Shown here: one piece after another, positions 1-13,310 of the stretch
Layout: the number at the start of each line of letters is the position of its first letter
Numbering within the stretch: position 1 is the first letter of the stretch
From: the human T2T-CHM13v2.0 reference genome, Homo sapiens
Reading direction: 5' to 3' (one strand)
DNA length: 64,000 nucleotides
Assembly (NCBI RefSeq): GCF_009914755.1
Contig: NC_060926.1
Notes under the pieces: model-generated
The model's database searches: none
Told to the model about the DNA's origin: nothing
Seen by the model: the letters and a program-made list of their open reading frames with translations, nothing else
Program-made: the position numbers and the translations under genes

Positions 1-183
1 CGCCTCCCAAGTTCCAGCGATTCTCCTGCCTCAGCCTCCCGAGTAGCTGGAACTACAGGCGTATGTCACCACACTCGGCTAATGTTTTTGTCTTTTTAGG
101 AGAGATGGGGCTTCACCCTGTTGGTCAGTCTGGTCTTGAACTCCTGACCTCAAATGATCTGCCCGCATCAGCCTTCCAGAGCG
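1..183 (-). mobile_element. Alu (S-type), partial; cut by the window edge and lacking its 5' ~35 nt
   Basis: Reverse-complement Alu: gattctcctgcctcagcctcccgagtagctgg...gaactcctgacctcaaatgatctgccc. Confidence 0.93.
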
Positions 184-595
184 TCAGTGTACATTAACTT
201 TTATCAAAACACAGCATCTTAATCGGAGACTGAAAACCTGCAGTTTTTTTTTTTCTGCTGTTGTTTCACAGCTGATCCAGGTATTCTCATGATCTTAATG
301 TTCTGCTTAGTTACACTGAACACATTATTTCTTGCTGCATTAATGATATTTTGAAAATGTTAAGTACTTATGTTTGAATAAGTGTAAGAAATGATTGCTT
401 ATCAGTAGCATATACATTTTGAGCCAAGGATGATGCCAAACAACCAGAGATTGCCCACATAGGTGGCTGAGAGAGTGACATTCTTGCTTTCCGATGCTTC
501 CATGTACACACACTTTGTTTCACACATAAAATTATTAAAGATATTGTATGAATTACATACAGATTATGTGTATAAGGTATATATGAAACAAATCA
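184..595 (+). mobile_element. Tigger4/MER46 (Zombi)-like DNA transposon fragment
   Basis: gaataagtgtaagaaatgattgcttatcagtagcat...ggtggctgagagagtgaca...gtgtataaggtatatatgaaac matches the remembered Tigger4 consensus. Confidence 0.7.
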
Positions 596-1439
596 AATCA
601 GAATATATTTTTACTAGGCATTTATTAATAAATTATGATTTTAGTAATTATTTCACATTCTCTTTTTGTTTATCTTAACTATTTTTTGGCACATGTGCAT
701 CTTCAGCATATTATTTTCTTATTTATTCACACTGCAGTAGAAGTTCATTGTAAGGGAGGAATAAAGTATAATTCATATCTGGCACCATATAATTTTGATG
801 CACTAATAAGTTAATTGTTACACAATTAAATGTTATTTACAAATCCTTCGTAATTGTTATACATATTATTAATCCCCACTTATTTATATTTAGCAAAATA
901 GGCTAAAGGTTTTTGAATAAGCTGAGAAGGCATTATTATTTTCAACAAAGGACTTGATTCAGAGAATTCACACACACACACACACCCCTGATTAATAATG
1001 CAGGCTGTCATAGAAATTAAGGAATAATTGAACTAAGCCTTTTTAAGGACAGGCAACAAAATCATTCTATGTATCTAAATAGCAGGTTTAAAGTATATGA
1101 GATAGAATTGAAAAGATTTAATGCAATCATCTAATATTTGTGTCTCTTGGGGAAGACAAAACACCTATTCTATCCTAAATTAGGATAGGGGCTCACTTTG
1201 ATAGTAATCAGCTATGAACCAAGTAGCCAAGTACATGGATGAGATTTAAATGCTATCTCTGTATAGAGAGCCATTCTTGATGAAGAATCTACTACATTAA
1301 CTAAAAGAATTTAAGTCTAGCCTCTTTCATTTTTTAAAATCTGTCATGATGTTTTGATTAACGTAAATTTACGTAAAATAAGATAAAATGGAACAGACAC
1401 ATACCCATTAAACAAAGAATATGGTCCCAATATTCTTTA

Positions 1440-1580
1440 TGCACTAGCTGTGGAAAATTGAATAAGATATTTATTGTCTCTGTTCCTTGATTTCCTCGTT
1501 TCTAAGTAAGAATAACATTTTTATTAGTGCTATTGTGAGGACTAGATAACATAATGAATGAAAATCCTTGAAATTAAAAT
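1440..1580 (+). mobile_element. MIR fragment
   Basis: Degenerate core: ctctgttccttgatttcctcgtttctaagtaagaataac...ttgtgaggactagataa. Confidence 0.6.
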
Positions 1581-1839
1581 AGTGTCTCATATATAATATA
1601 ATACATAATAAAAGTATCTAAAAGTTAAAATATTATTGGTAATATGCCCGCTTTTATTATTATTACTATTTTCACATGATGGAGATTGTTCTTGTGGTAG
1701 ACAGAATGACAACATTATCATTCTGAACCACAGTGGGCTCTTCATTAGTCTTGACACACTAAGAATTTTACACAAGAAGTTTGGGCTTACCATTGAGCAA
1801 TTCATTTACTCTCAATACCAATTTAAATATCTCATCATG

Positions 1840-1914
1840 TTTATCTTGATAAGTGTGACAAAGTAACCAATAACTTTATGCTTTATCTTGATTAGTGTGA
1901 CAAAGTAACCAATA
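1840..1914. repeat. 33-bp direct repeat, 2 copies, period 42
   Basis: tttatcttgat(a/t)agtgtgacaaagtaaccaata at 1840-1872 and 1882-1914, one mismatch. Confidence 0.95.
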
Positions 1915-3889
1915 TCTAGTAATCTAGATAACTATCTGGTAGGGTGATCGACCAGTTCAAAAGAGAAAAAGGTGCAAACAATGCGAAGAACACTTAAGGC
2001 AAGTATCTAACTACATATTTGGAAACAAGTGAATGAAACTGTTTATGTACCAGAGATAGAAAAAATATTATAACAGTCTACAGGTGTTGCATTAGTGTTG
2101 TGTGCTTGTCTTTACAACTAGGCAGATAAATAAAAACAAATATGTTTTTAAAATTCCAACATGTGGTAGTTTGAAAGTGTGTCTCAGCAAGTGGAATCAT
2201 AAAATCTGGCTCAAATTTTAGATAAATTTGGACTTAAATATAAACACACACATGCTTCTAGATGAATTAGTATTTTTATTGTAATACGAACAACTATAAA
2301 AATAACCAAAAGTGGTATATCAGTGACCAAAACAGAAATTCTTTACCCATCTTTTTCTCTCAGCTCTCTGCTTGGAATAAAATTATTGCCAATGTAGTTA
2401 AAGTTTCACTTGGTGTTAGTAAATGAAATAAATTATTATGCCAATATCTTTGACTAAGACAGTTCAGTGATTCATTAGGCAATATTCTGGATGAAACCTC
2501 AGACAACACAGACATTAAAGAATGCTTGCCAGCTATTAAAGCCTGAACTAAATCCTCATCATTTTTCCCTTCCCGTGGAGGTTAGGCTAAGGAATTACAG
2601 AGAAGGAATGTGGTCTGCTGGCTTACTGCCTGTAGTCCTTGGAAGGATTGCCCAGATCTGCTAACCTGGCATGTGCCTCCACAGGTGCAATAGATAGCCC
2701 AAATCTGAGTGATTGGAATAACATAATACTTGCAATGGCAGCAATGTGGGAGCAAAGAGACTTCATCTTGGTATCTCAGCAGAGGGTGACAGTTGTCCAG
2801 CTCATTAGATGCCAGGTAATAAAGGACAAATCTTTCCAAGATTCTACTGCCCATCTGTTTTTTTTCTGCCTAAGCCAACCTAATAGCTTGCTTACCTGGG
2901 TACTGAGGTCACATATCAACATGAACAGTCAAATAAAAATTGTAATTCATTTACAATGAATTAGTAATTTGAACAATCAAGACTGAACAGACTAAAAAAA
3001 AAAAACAGAAAAACAGAATGAACTCTTGGATTTATTATGGTTAATTTGTAGAAGGAGACAATTTTAATACAATGCATAGAGCATAATCAAGGATACTTAG
3101 AATGCAACACCAATAATTCTTTCTCACTGGAATAACATAACATGTTTATTTAAAAATGAATAAATAAACTGAAGACAGAAAATTCACTGAGAACATCAAA
3201 GAAGAGATATAAAATGACAAGAAACAAGAGAGGGAGAAAAAGTGATTTTTAAATAATTAATGTGATAAAAAATGGGGAGGGTAGAATCCCTAAAACCTAA
3301 AAGTTAGTAATTTCAGACGAGAACATTAAGAAATGGTGAATTAATAATTACAGAAATAATTTAAAAATCAAAATCTCAATATTACTTAAGTTTTCAGTTT
3401 AAAACACTCATTATCAGGAAAAATTAATGAAAAAAACATACATATTTAAGATTAACAGTGCATTTCCTGAATTTCAGAAATAACGAGAAAAGTCTTGAGA
3501 AAATGAGAAGAAAATGAAACAAAACCACACAAATTAAGAGGAAAATAATATAAAAATATAAGTGCATCTATTATCAAAATAAGTGGCAAGTGACAAAATT
3601 ACTCTTTAAAAAGACACTAACTTTAGAATTGACCTAAAGCAAAATTCATGAATAGAAAAATGTAAACATAAAATGTTGAGTAGTAATGTACAAGGCAAAC
3701 ACAAAGAAAAGTAGAATAACAAAGTAAAATTTAAAGTCAATGTCTTTACTTTAAAAAAGCAAAGTGTAAAATATATAGCCATTGAACATTCATTCATAAA
3801 AATAAAGACATATACAAGGAGAACTTCATGAAATATATTCATAGCTAAACCTTTTAAAGTAAATTCTTTCAATTAAAAAAACTTGTAGC

Positions 3890-4058
3890 TTTATTTTATT
3901 TTATTTTAGGTTTAGGGGTACATGCACAGGTGTGTTATATCAGTAAATTGGGTATCATGGGGCTTTGGTGCATAGGTTGTTTTTTCACCCAGGTAATAGG
4001 CACAGTACCTAATAGGTAGTTTTTTCTATCCTCACCTTCTTCCCAGCCTCCACCCAGT
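3890..4058 (-). mobile_element. L1PA15/16-like 3' end
   Basis: T-rich tail then ggggtacatgcacagg...cacccaggtaataggcacagtacctaataggtag. Confidence 0.85.
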
Positions 4059-4826
4059 GGTAGCAACTTAAAGGAGATTTTTTTCCGGATTTCAAATAAT
4101 ATCACAATAATTCCTTCTGAATATTTATATTCCTTTAAAATTTCAGTTTCACTGGATATGATAAGCTGATGTGGCCTGTACAATCTCTGCTTATGGAAAT
4201 CATTGTAATTTTAGTTTTTTCTCACTACATAAATTTTCATGTGAAATTTAGAAAACACAAATATGTATATATCCTTGGACTACAGGGCAATCCTTTTGTG
4301 TATATTAATGGAGGCTTGCTATTTGTTAACCAAATATTCTACAGATCTTTGAATGTGTAATATGTCACATTTTCATGTAGAAGTATTTTAGATTTATTCC
4401 TCAGAATTTCATATTTTTGAATGTTATTGTAGATAATGTTTTTAATTTTATTTTTTATTTCTCTTATAAGTAAAAGTACAATTGACCTTTTATCCAGTGA
4501 TCTTATTATATTTCCCAATTAGTTAAAATTGTTAGTAGATACTTGATATGTACATAATTTATACAATAATAACAAATATGCATAGTTATTTTTATTTCTT
4601 CTTTTTAATATTTATATTTCTATTTTTGCTGTATTGTACTGAGTAAGAAGACCTTTAGAACTATGAGAAGACATTATTTAATGTCTTCAAAATGTCAAAA
4701 ATAAAAGACATAACTTAAATATTCATAGATATTTTTAAGTGAAAAGTATAAACAAGATAAAACATGAGAAAATAGAAAAACTGCAACTTTTACGGAAAGA
4801 AAAAAAGAATGAATGCACTGACCCTG

Positions 4827-5209
4827 TGTTATAGTCTAAATGTTTGTGATTTCCCAAAATTCATTTGTTGAAATCCTAACCCCCAATGTGATGGTATAAG
4901 GAGGTGGGGCATTTAGCAGGTAGTTAGGTTGGGATGTAGTAAAGCCATGAAGGTAGAACCCTCATGTATAGCATTATTAATCTTATAAAAAGGACTCCAG
5001 AGAGCTTTTTTGCCCTCTTTTTGCCTTGTGAGGACATACATGGGAAGAATTCAGAAGTCTGCAATCCTGAGAAGGGCCCCCACCAGGGCTTAGCCATGCT
5101 GGCACTCTCATCTTGGACTTTTAGTCTCCAGAACTGTGGGTAATTAATTCATTGTTTATCAGTCACCGAGTCTATGGTACTTAGTTATAGCAGCCCAAAC
5201 TGAGATACG
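4827..5209 (+). mobile_element. MLT1A-type MaLR solo LTR
   Basis: tgttatagtctaaatgtttgt...gctggcactctcatcttggact...tccagaactgtg...gttatagcagcccaaac. Confidence 0.85.
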
Positions 5210-5488
5210 ATGTAAAGGATTCTTTCAAATTACAACAAGACAATATAAATTGAAAACCAGACAAACATTTTAAAATATTAATTTAACAACAACAACAAAT
5301 TAAATAACTAGAAGTCTTGGTCAACCTTAGTAAAGATCAGTGAACTATTTTAAGGAAAATCATACAAAAATTCATTCAACTGTGAAAAGTTGGAAAAATT
5401 CCCAGTAAGTCCACTTGTCTGAGTTGAACATGGTATATCATCTTATATTTTATAAATAATAGTAGGATTCTGTCTACAATCATAGAAT

Positions 5489-5869
5489 TGTTTTGGGGGA
5501 ATGATAAGGGTTCCCCTAAAATTAATAAGCTGAAGTCCTAACCCCAGTACCTCAAAATGAGAATGTTTCTGATTTGGAATTAAGGCTTTTAAAGGGGTAA
5601 TTAAGGTAAAATGGGGTCATACAGGTGGCCCCTAATATAATGTAACTGGGGTCCTTATAAAAAGAGATTAGGTCAAAGACAGACACCATATAAAGACAGA
5701 ATAAGAAGGCATCGATCTGCAAGCCAAGGAGAGAGGTTTCAAAAGACCAAATCTACCAACACTTTGATCATGGACTTCTAGCTTTCAAAACGGTGAGAGA
5801 ATAAATTTCTGTTGTCTAAAGGACCCAGTTTGTGCTATGCGTTTATGGCATCTCCAGCAAACTAATACA
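5489..5869 (+). mobile_element. MLT1B-type MaLR solo LTR
   Basis: gaagtcctaaccccagtacctca...tgcaagccaaggagagagg...gtgagagaataaatttctgttg...gcaaactaataca. Confidence 0.85.
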
Positions 5870-6458
5870 GAAGAAAGAACAAAATAGGACATAGTTTAGA
5901 CATCTCTTATAGATTAAGATTATATACATATACACTTTAATGTTAATAGTTACCATTATTTATTTATTTTATTTTATTTGCCAATATTTAAGTAATACTA
6001 ATCTGAATATTTACCAAATATATGTATGCATTATGTAAGTAGTCTTAAATGATGACTGTGTCACTTGGAACATTTTATTTTCATTTATTCATGAATTTTT
6101 TCAGGAAAGGCTAAGACATCATTATTGAGGACTAGTCTGCTGATTGTAGTTCCATACTAAATCTCTTGCATAAACCACAACATAATAAAAATTTAAAAAT
6201 TCCTATTTTGAGTTTATTTAAAAGGAAACAATTTTAAGAGAGCTATAAAGAAAACAGAGTACAGAAACTTTTTAGAGTATATATTTTCTAGAGTTTTAGC
6301 CTATTTCACCTGTCTAAAATGATTGCAGTTTTTAAGCAAACGTACAGCATATTTCTCAATTACCTTAGCTTTCATACAATTTCCTTGTCAAACTCAAATT
6401 TTATAGACTTACATGCTTATCACATGATATAGTAAGCAGTAGTCTAAATAATGCTTGC

Positions 6459-6831
6459 TCTATTAGGCAGCTCAGGCTACTGCAACAAAATACCATAGAC
6501 TGAGTGACTTAAATAATGAAAATTTATTTTCTCGTGGTTTTAGGGACTGAAGGTCAAAGATGAAAGTGCTGACTGATTCAGTTTCTGGTGCAGATACCTA
6601 CCTTTTTGCTGTGCCTTCACATGATCTCTCTTCCATATGGACAGAGAGAGAGAGAGTGAGAGCTCTCTTTCACTCTTCTTATAAAACCATCAACCTATAG
6701 GATTAGGGCCCTATCTTTACAACTACATTTAATGTTAATTACCTCCAAAAGTCCTGTCTCCAAGTACAGTCACATTTGGGTTTTGTGATCCAATATGTGA
6801 ATTTGGGGAGGACACATGTCACCCCATAACA
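6459..6831 (-). mobile_element. MLT1A0-type MaLR solo LTR
   Basis: caaaataccatagactgagtgacttaaa...gtgaatttggggaggacac...cataaca. Confidence 0.8.
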
Positions 6832-7108
6832 GTTGCTAATACCATGGTAATCGCTAGGGAACTAGTTGAATCAAATGTGTACCGGCATGCTACAGAGTGA
6901 CCTTTTGTCTGCATTCATTAAACACACCAGGGGTTTTGGTTTAAAAGGATTTATAAGGGAGAAGAGCATTTGTTACTCTTGTGAGCCGGTGACTTGAGTG
7001 GCAACTGAGAGGACTGCTTAATTATGGAAATGGAAGAAGTGCAGGAAGCAAAGTATTCAGAATATTATAGAAGGTATAATCTCATTCTAAAAAAAAAACA
7101 AATAAACT

Positions 7109-9190
7109 CTTTATTTCTGTCTCTTGCCTGATTGCCCTGGCCAGAACTTTTAATACTATGTTGAATAGGAGTGGTGAGAGAGGACATCCTTGTCTAGTAC
7201 TGGTTTTCAAAGGGAATGCTTCCAGCTTTTGCCCATTCAATATGATTGTCTCTGTTTGCAGATGACATGATTTCTATATTTATAAAGCCCCATCATCTCA
7301 GTCCAAAATCTCATTAAGCTGATAAGCAACTTCAGCAAAGTCTCAGGATACAAAATCAATGTATAAAAATCACAAGCATTTCTACACACTAATAATAGAG
7401 AGCCAAATCATGAGTGAATTCCCATTCGCCATTACTACAAAGAGAAGAAAATACTTAGGAATACAACTTAAAAGGGACGTGAAGGAACTCTTCGAGAAGA
7501 ATTACAAACCACTGCAAAAGGAAATAAGAGAGGACACAAATGGAAAAACATTCCATGCTCATGGATAGGAAGACTCAATATCGTGAAAATGGCCATGCTG
7601 CCCAAAGTAATTTATAGGTTCAGTGCTATCCTCATCAAGCTACCATTAACTTTCTTTACAGAATTAGAAAAAACTACTTTAAATTTCATATGGAACCAAA
7701 AAAAGAGCTCGTATAGCCAAAACAATCATAAGCAAAAAACAAAGCTGGAGGCATCATGCTACCTGATTTCAAACTATACTACAAGGCTACAATAATCAAA
7801 ACAGCATGGTACTGGTACCAAAACAGACACATAGACCAATGGAACAGAACAGAGGCCTCAGAAATAACACCACACATCTGCAACCATCTGAGCTCTGACA
7901 AACCTGACAAAAACAAGCAATGCAGAATGGATTCCCTATTTAATAAATGGTGCTGGGAAAATTGGCTAGCCATATGCAGAATACTGAAACTGGACCCCTT
8001 CCTTACCCCTTATACAAAAATTAACTCAAGATGGATTAAAGACTTACATGTAAGACCCAAAATCATAAAAACCCTAGAAGAAAACCTAGGCAATACCATT
8101 CAGGACATAGGAATGGGCAAAGACTTCATGAGTAAAGCACCAAAGGAAATGGCAACAAAGCCAAAATTGACAAATGGGATCTAATTAAACTAAAGAGCTT
8201 CTGCACAGCTAAAGAAACTATCATCAGAGTGAACAGGTAACCTTCAGAATGGGAGAAAATTTTTGCAGTCTATCTGCCTGACAAAGGGCTAATATCCAGA
8301 ATCTACAAGGAACTTAAGCAAATTTACAAGAAAAAAACAAACAACCCCGTCAAAAAGTGGGCAAAGGATATAAACAGACACTTCTCAAAAGAAGACATTT
8401 ATGTGGCCAACAAACATATGAAAAAAAGCTCACCATCACTGGTCATTAGATAAATGTAAATCAAAATCACAATGAGATACCATTTCATGCCAGTTAGAAT
8501 GGCAATCATTAAAAAGTCAAGAAACAACAGATGCTGGAGAGGATGTGGAGAAATATGAATGCTTTTACACTGTTTGTGGGAGTGTAAATTAGTTCAACCA
8601 TTGTGGAAGACAGTGTGGAGATTCCTCAAGGATTTACAACCAGAAATACCATTTGACTCAGCAATCCCATTACTGGGTATATACCCAAAGGATTATAAAT
8701 CATTCTACTATAAAGACATACGCACACATATGTTTATTGAAGCAGTATTCACAATAGCAAAGACTTGGAACCAACTCAAATGTCCATCATTGATAGACTT
8801 CATAAAGAAAATGTGACACATATACACCGTGAAATACTATGCAGCCATAAAAAAGGATGAGTTCATGTCCTTTGCAGGGACATAGATGAAGCTGGAAAAC
8901 ATCATTCTCAACAAACTAACACAGGAACAGAAAACCAAACACTGCATGTTTTCACTCATAAGTGGGAGTTGAACAATGAGAACATGTGGACACAGGGAGG
9001 GGAACATCACACATCGAGGCCTGTTGGCGGGTGGGGGCTAGGGGAGGGATAGCATTAGGAGAAATACCTAATGTAGATGATGGGTTGATGGGTGCAGCAA
9101 ACCACTATGGCACATGTATACCTATGTAACAAATTTGCACATTCTGCACATGTATCCCAGAACTTAAAGTATAATAACAAATAAATAAAA
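7109..9190 (+). mobile_element. L1PA6-8-like, 5'-truncated, with 5' inversion (7109-7246 inverted)
   Basis: ORF2 remnants (FADD codons ttt gca gat gac near 7256; ORF 7756-8184 [10 protein letters not shown]), complete 3' UTR and A-tail. Confidence 0.97.
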
Positions 9191-9527
9191 CATCATATAT
9201 TTATAAAATCTTTTAGGCTTTCCAGTGGCCTGACAATGGTCATGGTTATAGAAGCTTTTCTATTTTTGCTTCTTGCTCATTTCCAAGCCTGTTTCTCCAG
9301 GCTTCTAAGTGAGTCTGTGATTCCCTAATATTGTTCCAGTAATTTCTTTTTGAACTTACGGTAGCTAGAGTTATTAACAGTCAAGTAACATGACTGACAC
9401 AAAAACTCTTTTCATTTGTGGGTCAAAGACAATGGATCTGGAGCGCAAACATTAGATGATCCTAAAAGCAGAGAAAAATCCAGTAACTATTGTGGTTCAG
9501 CCTCCAGTATGTCCTTGTGTGTGTGTG

Positions 9528-12500
9528 TTAAGGATTTTTGCATCTATGAACATCAGCAATATTGATCTGTAGTTTTCTTTTTTCGTTATGTCCTTGTCTG
9601 GTTTCGGTATCAGGATAATGCTGGAATCATAGAATAAGTAATGGAATTATTCCTCCCTCTTCAGTTTTTTGAAGAATTTGAGTAGGACTGGTATTCTTCT
9701 TTAAACGTTTGGAAGAATTCATCAGTGAAGCCATCAGGTCCCGAACTTTTCTTCAATGGGAGACTTTTTATGGCTTTGATCTTATTACTCATTATTGGTT
9801 TGTTAAGCTTTCCCATTTCTCCATAATTCAGTCTTGGTAGGTTGTATGTGTTCAGGAATGTATCCATTTCTTCTAGACTTTCTATTTTGTTGGCATATAG
9901 TTGTTCATAATAGTCTGCAATAATTCTCTGAATTTCAGAGGTCTCATTTATGTCTCCTTTTTAATTTCTAATTTTAGGTCTTCTTTTTTTGGTCTAGCTA
10001 AAGATTTGTCAATTTTGGTTAACTTTTCAAATAAATGACTATTTGTTTCGTTGATCTTTTGCATTTTTTAATCCCAATTTTATTTGTTTCTGCTTTGATA
10101 TTTATTGTTTCTTTCCCTTTACTAATTTTGGGGTTTTTTTTTTTTCTTGCTTTTTGAATTCCTTGAGGTGCATCATTAAGTTGTTTATTTTAAATCTACT
10201 TTTTTGATATAAATGTGTATTGCTATAAACTTCCCTCTTAGTACTGTTTTTGCGATATCCTATAGGTTTTGGTATGTGGTATTTTCATTTTTCTTTGTTT
10301 CAAAAAATGTTTTAATTCCCACCTTAATTTCTTCACTATTTGTCATTCATTAGCATGTTGTTCAATTTTTGTGTGTTTGTGTACTTTCTGAGGTGCCTCT
10401 CATTACTGACTTGTAGTTTTATTTTATGATTGTCAGAAAATAGTTGATAAAATTGTATTTCTAAAAAATTGGTTTACAACTTTTGGCACCCTATGATATG
10501 GTCTATTGTGTAGAATGCACTACGTGCTGATGAAAAGAATGTGTATTTTGAAGCTGTTGAGTAAAATGCTCTGTAATATCACTTAGGCTTCTTAGATTCA
10601 GTACGCAGCATAACTCAGCTGTTTCTTTGTTGCTATTCTGTTTGGATGATCTGCTACTGAGAGTGAGGTGTTAAACTCTCCCACTATTATTGTATTGTAG
10701 TCTATCGCTTTCTTTAGCTCTATTAATGATTGTTTTATATAATGGGTGCTCTGGTGTTGAGTGCATAAGTACTTATTATTGTCATATTTTGTGGCTGAAT
10801 TGAACTCTTTACCATTATGTAGTGACCTTCTTTGTCTCTGTATATAATCTTAGATTTGCAGTCTATTTTTTCCGATATAAGAAAGCTATTGCTGCTCCTT
10901 ATTGGTTTCTAGCTGCATGGAATATCTTTTTCTATACCTTCAGTTTCAGTCTATGTGTGCCTTTATAGATGAAGTGGGTTTCTTGAAGGTTGCATCTAGT
11001 TGGTCCTTGTTTCTTTATCCATTCAGCCATGCCTTATAACTGGAGAACAGTGATCATTTACATTCTGTGTTATTAATGATAAGTAAGAACTTACTACAGC
11101 TAATTTGTTGTGTTTTTTGGTTGTTTTGAGGCTTCTTTTTTATTTTTTTTTTCTTACTGTCTACCTTGTGGTTATGTAATTTTCTCTGGTAATATGTTTT
11201 AATTGGTTGCTTTATATTTTCAGAGACTCTATTACAGGTTTTTGTGTTGTGGTTACCATAAGGCTTACAAAAAACACCTTGTAGATATAGCAAGTTATTT
11301 TAAAGAAATGACACCTTATCTTAGATCACAAATAAAAGACTAGAAACATAGGCAAACACACAAAAATTGTACACTTTACATTTTCTTTTCTATTATTTTG
11401 ACTTAGTTGCTTAATTTACATATTTTTAAATTACCTATCTTTTAACGGGCTGCTGTTGCCATTAGTGTTTTGGATAGATTTGTCTCTGTGGTTTCAGAAG
11501 AGATTTATAAGTAGACTGCACATCACAATTACAGTATTAGAGTATTATGGGTTTATCCATGTTCTTAATTTTACCAGTTTTTATCAGGGTTTTATACCAA
11601 ATAAAGTTGTCTTTTTGCATGTGAGTGTTTTATTTTATTTCAGACTGAAGAAATCCCTTTAGTATTTTGTAGGACGAGTCTGGTGGTGTTGAATTCTCTC
11701 AGTTTTTATTTGTCTGGGAAAGACTTTATTTCTCCTTTATATTTAAAAGATAATGTTGTTGCAGGCAATAATTTTGAATAACAGTATTTTTCTATGAGCA
11801 CTTTAAAAAGATTTTCCATTCCCTCCTGGCCTGTATTGTTTCCATTGAGGAGTCTGTCGCCAGATGAATTGAATCTCCGGGATATGCTATTTACTTCTTC
11901 TTTCTTGCTGATTTTAGGAACTTCTCTCTATTTTGATCTTTGAGAATTTGATTATTATATGACTTGAGATAGTCTTAAAAGGGTTCAATATCTGTAGCAG
12001 TCTTAGAGCTTCTTGTGCCTGCATATTTATATCTTTCTCAATATTTGAAAAGTTTCCTGTTATTATTTATTTGAATACTCTTTCTACCCATTGCTCTTGA
12101 ACACCAATATTTCTTAGATTTTGTTTTTTGAAATAATTTTCCATATCCTGTAGGCAGTCTCTGTTACTTTTTGTTTTTTTCTTTTTTCTCTTCTTTGTAT
12201 TTTCAAATAGCCAGTCTTTGAGCTCACTCCTCTACTTGGTACATTCTGCTCTTTAGAGCCTTTATTGAGATTTTCAGTGCAGCAAATGTATTTCTTAGTT
12301 CCAAGATTTTTGATTTTTTAAATTATTTCAATCTGTTTGCTAAATTCCTCTGATAAATTTTTGAATTCCTTTCCTGTGTTATCTCAAAGATCATTGGGTT
12401 TCCTTAAACTTGCTACTTTGAATTCATGGTCACAAAGCTCACTATCTGCCAACTTCTTAGGGTCAGTCACCGGATTTTTACTTTGTCCTTTTGGGGAAGT

Positions 12501-13310
12501 CATGCTTCGTCATTTGCTACTGTTTCTTGTGGGTGTATGTCTATGTCTTTTCATTGAAAGATTAGTTATTTATTTCAGTTTTATCTGTCTGTCTTGAATT
12601 GGTTTTTACTGTATATATTTGCTTCACAAATCTTGACTGTTAGGTCTTGGCCTTTTTTTAAGCTCTACTTGATGTCTTAAGCCCAGTGCTGCCTATCTCA
12701 AATGGTAGAGATGCAAGGAATCATCCTGGTAGTGTGGAAACACTGGCTAGCGTTTTGTGGCCAAGGAACCCATGGGACATATCTTCTATAGTGTGGTACT
12801 GCTGAACAACTATTCTGATTTAGCATTTCCTTGGTCTGAGTTAGAGAAGTTTCCAGAGGTAGAAATTATAGTCCCACTTCCCCTTTTTGTCTCTGACTGT
12901 CCTTAGGAATATTTCTTCTTCAGACAATCACATGCTTCCCATGGGTTAAGGCAAGGACAGGTCTCCTGCCAGGTAACCCAAGATGGTGGGAAAGCTGGTT
13001 AACCACCTCAATCTAACTTTTTTCAGCATAGTACCATGAGGTGGGGGATGATATTTTGTGTGCTTCTTACAGGAGCAGAATCAGAGTTGAGGCACACTAC
13101 TGGTGTAGAAGTTTGATTCTCCTACCATCTGCCCAGAAGGCTTTTTTGTTTGTTTTTGTTTTTAACTTCTTTGTGTCCTTAGGATCTATCTTACTCTCAG
13201 ATTTGAGTTGTGGTTTGTTGCCGGTAAAAATCTTGGCACTGTGTATTTATTTGGAGTTGTCTTGGGGCAGGCGGGATAGCTTGCTTCTATCCTGCATTTT
13301 TCCCAGTAAT
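9528..13310 (-). mobile_element. Old L1M/L1MA 5' half (5' UTR, ORF1, ORF2 N-terminal part), degenerate
   Basis: ORF 9661-9867(-) [14 protein letters not shown]...[10 protein letters not shown] is ORF2-like; continuous antisense L1 sequence. Confidence 0.9.

Noticed and set aside
1170-1374. Short palindromes ctatcctaa-a-ttaggatag and acgtaaatttacgt
   Set aside because: Arms of 7-9 bp are expected by chance in 64 kb of AT-rich DNA.
1840-1914. 33-bp repeat pair resembling a CRISPR repeat-spacer unit
   Set aside because: Only two copies, a 9-bp spacer, eukaryotic context and no cas genes.
3000-3880. A-rich stretch possibly derived from old L1 ORF1/HAL1
   Set aside because: Too diverged to assign a family or boundaries by eye.
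7359-8816. ORFs with RT/ORF2-like protein sequence (also 36049-37429)
   Set aside because: Fragments of 5'-truncated, frameshifted L1 ORF2; not host genes or active elements.
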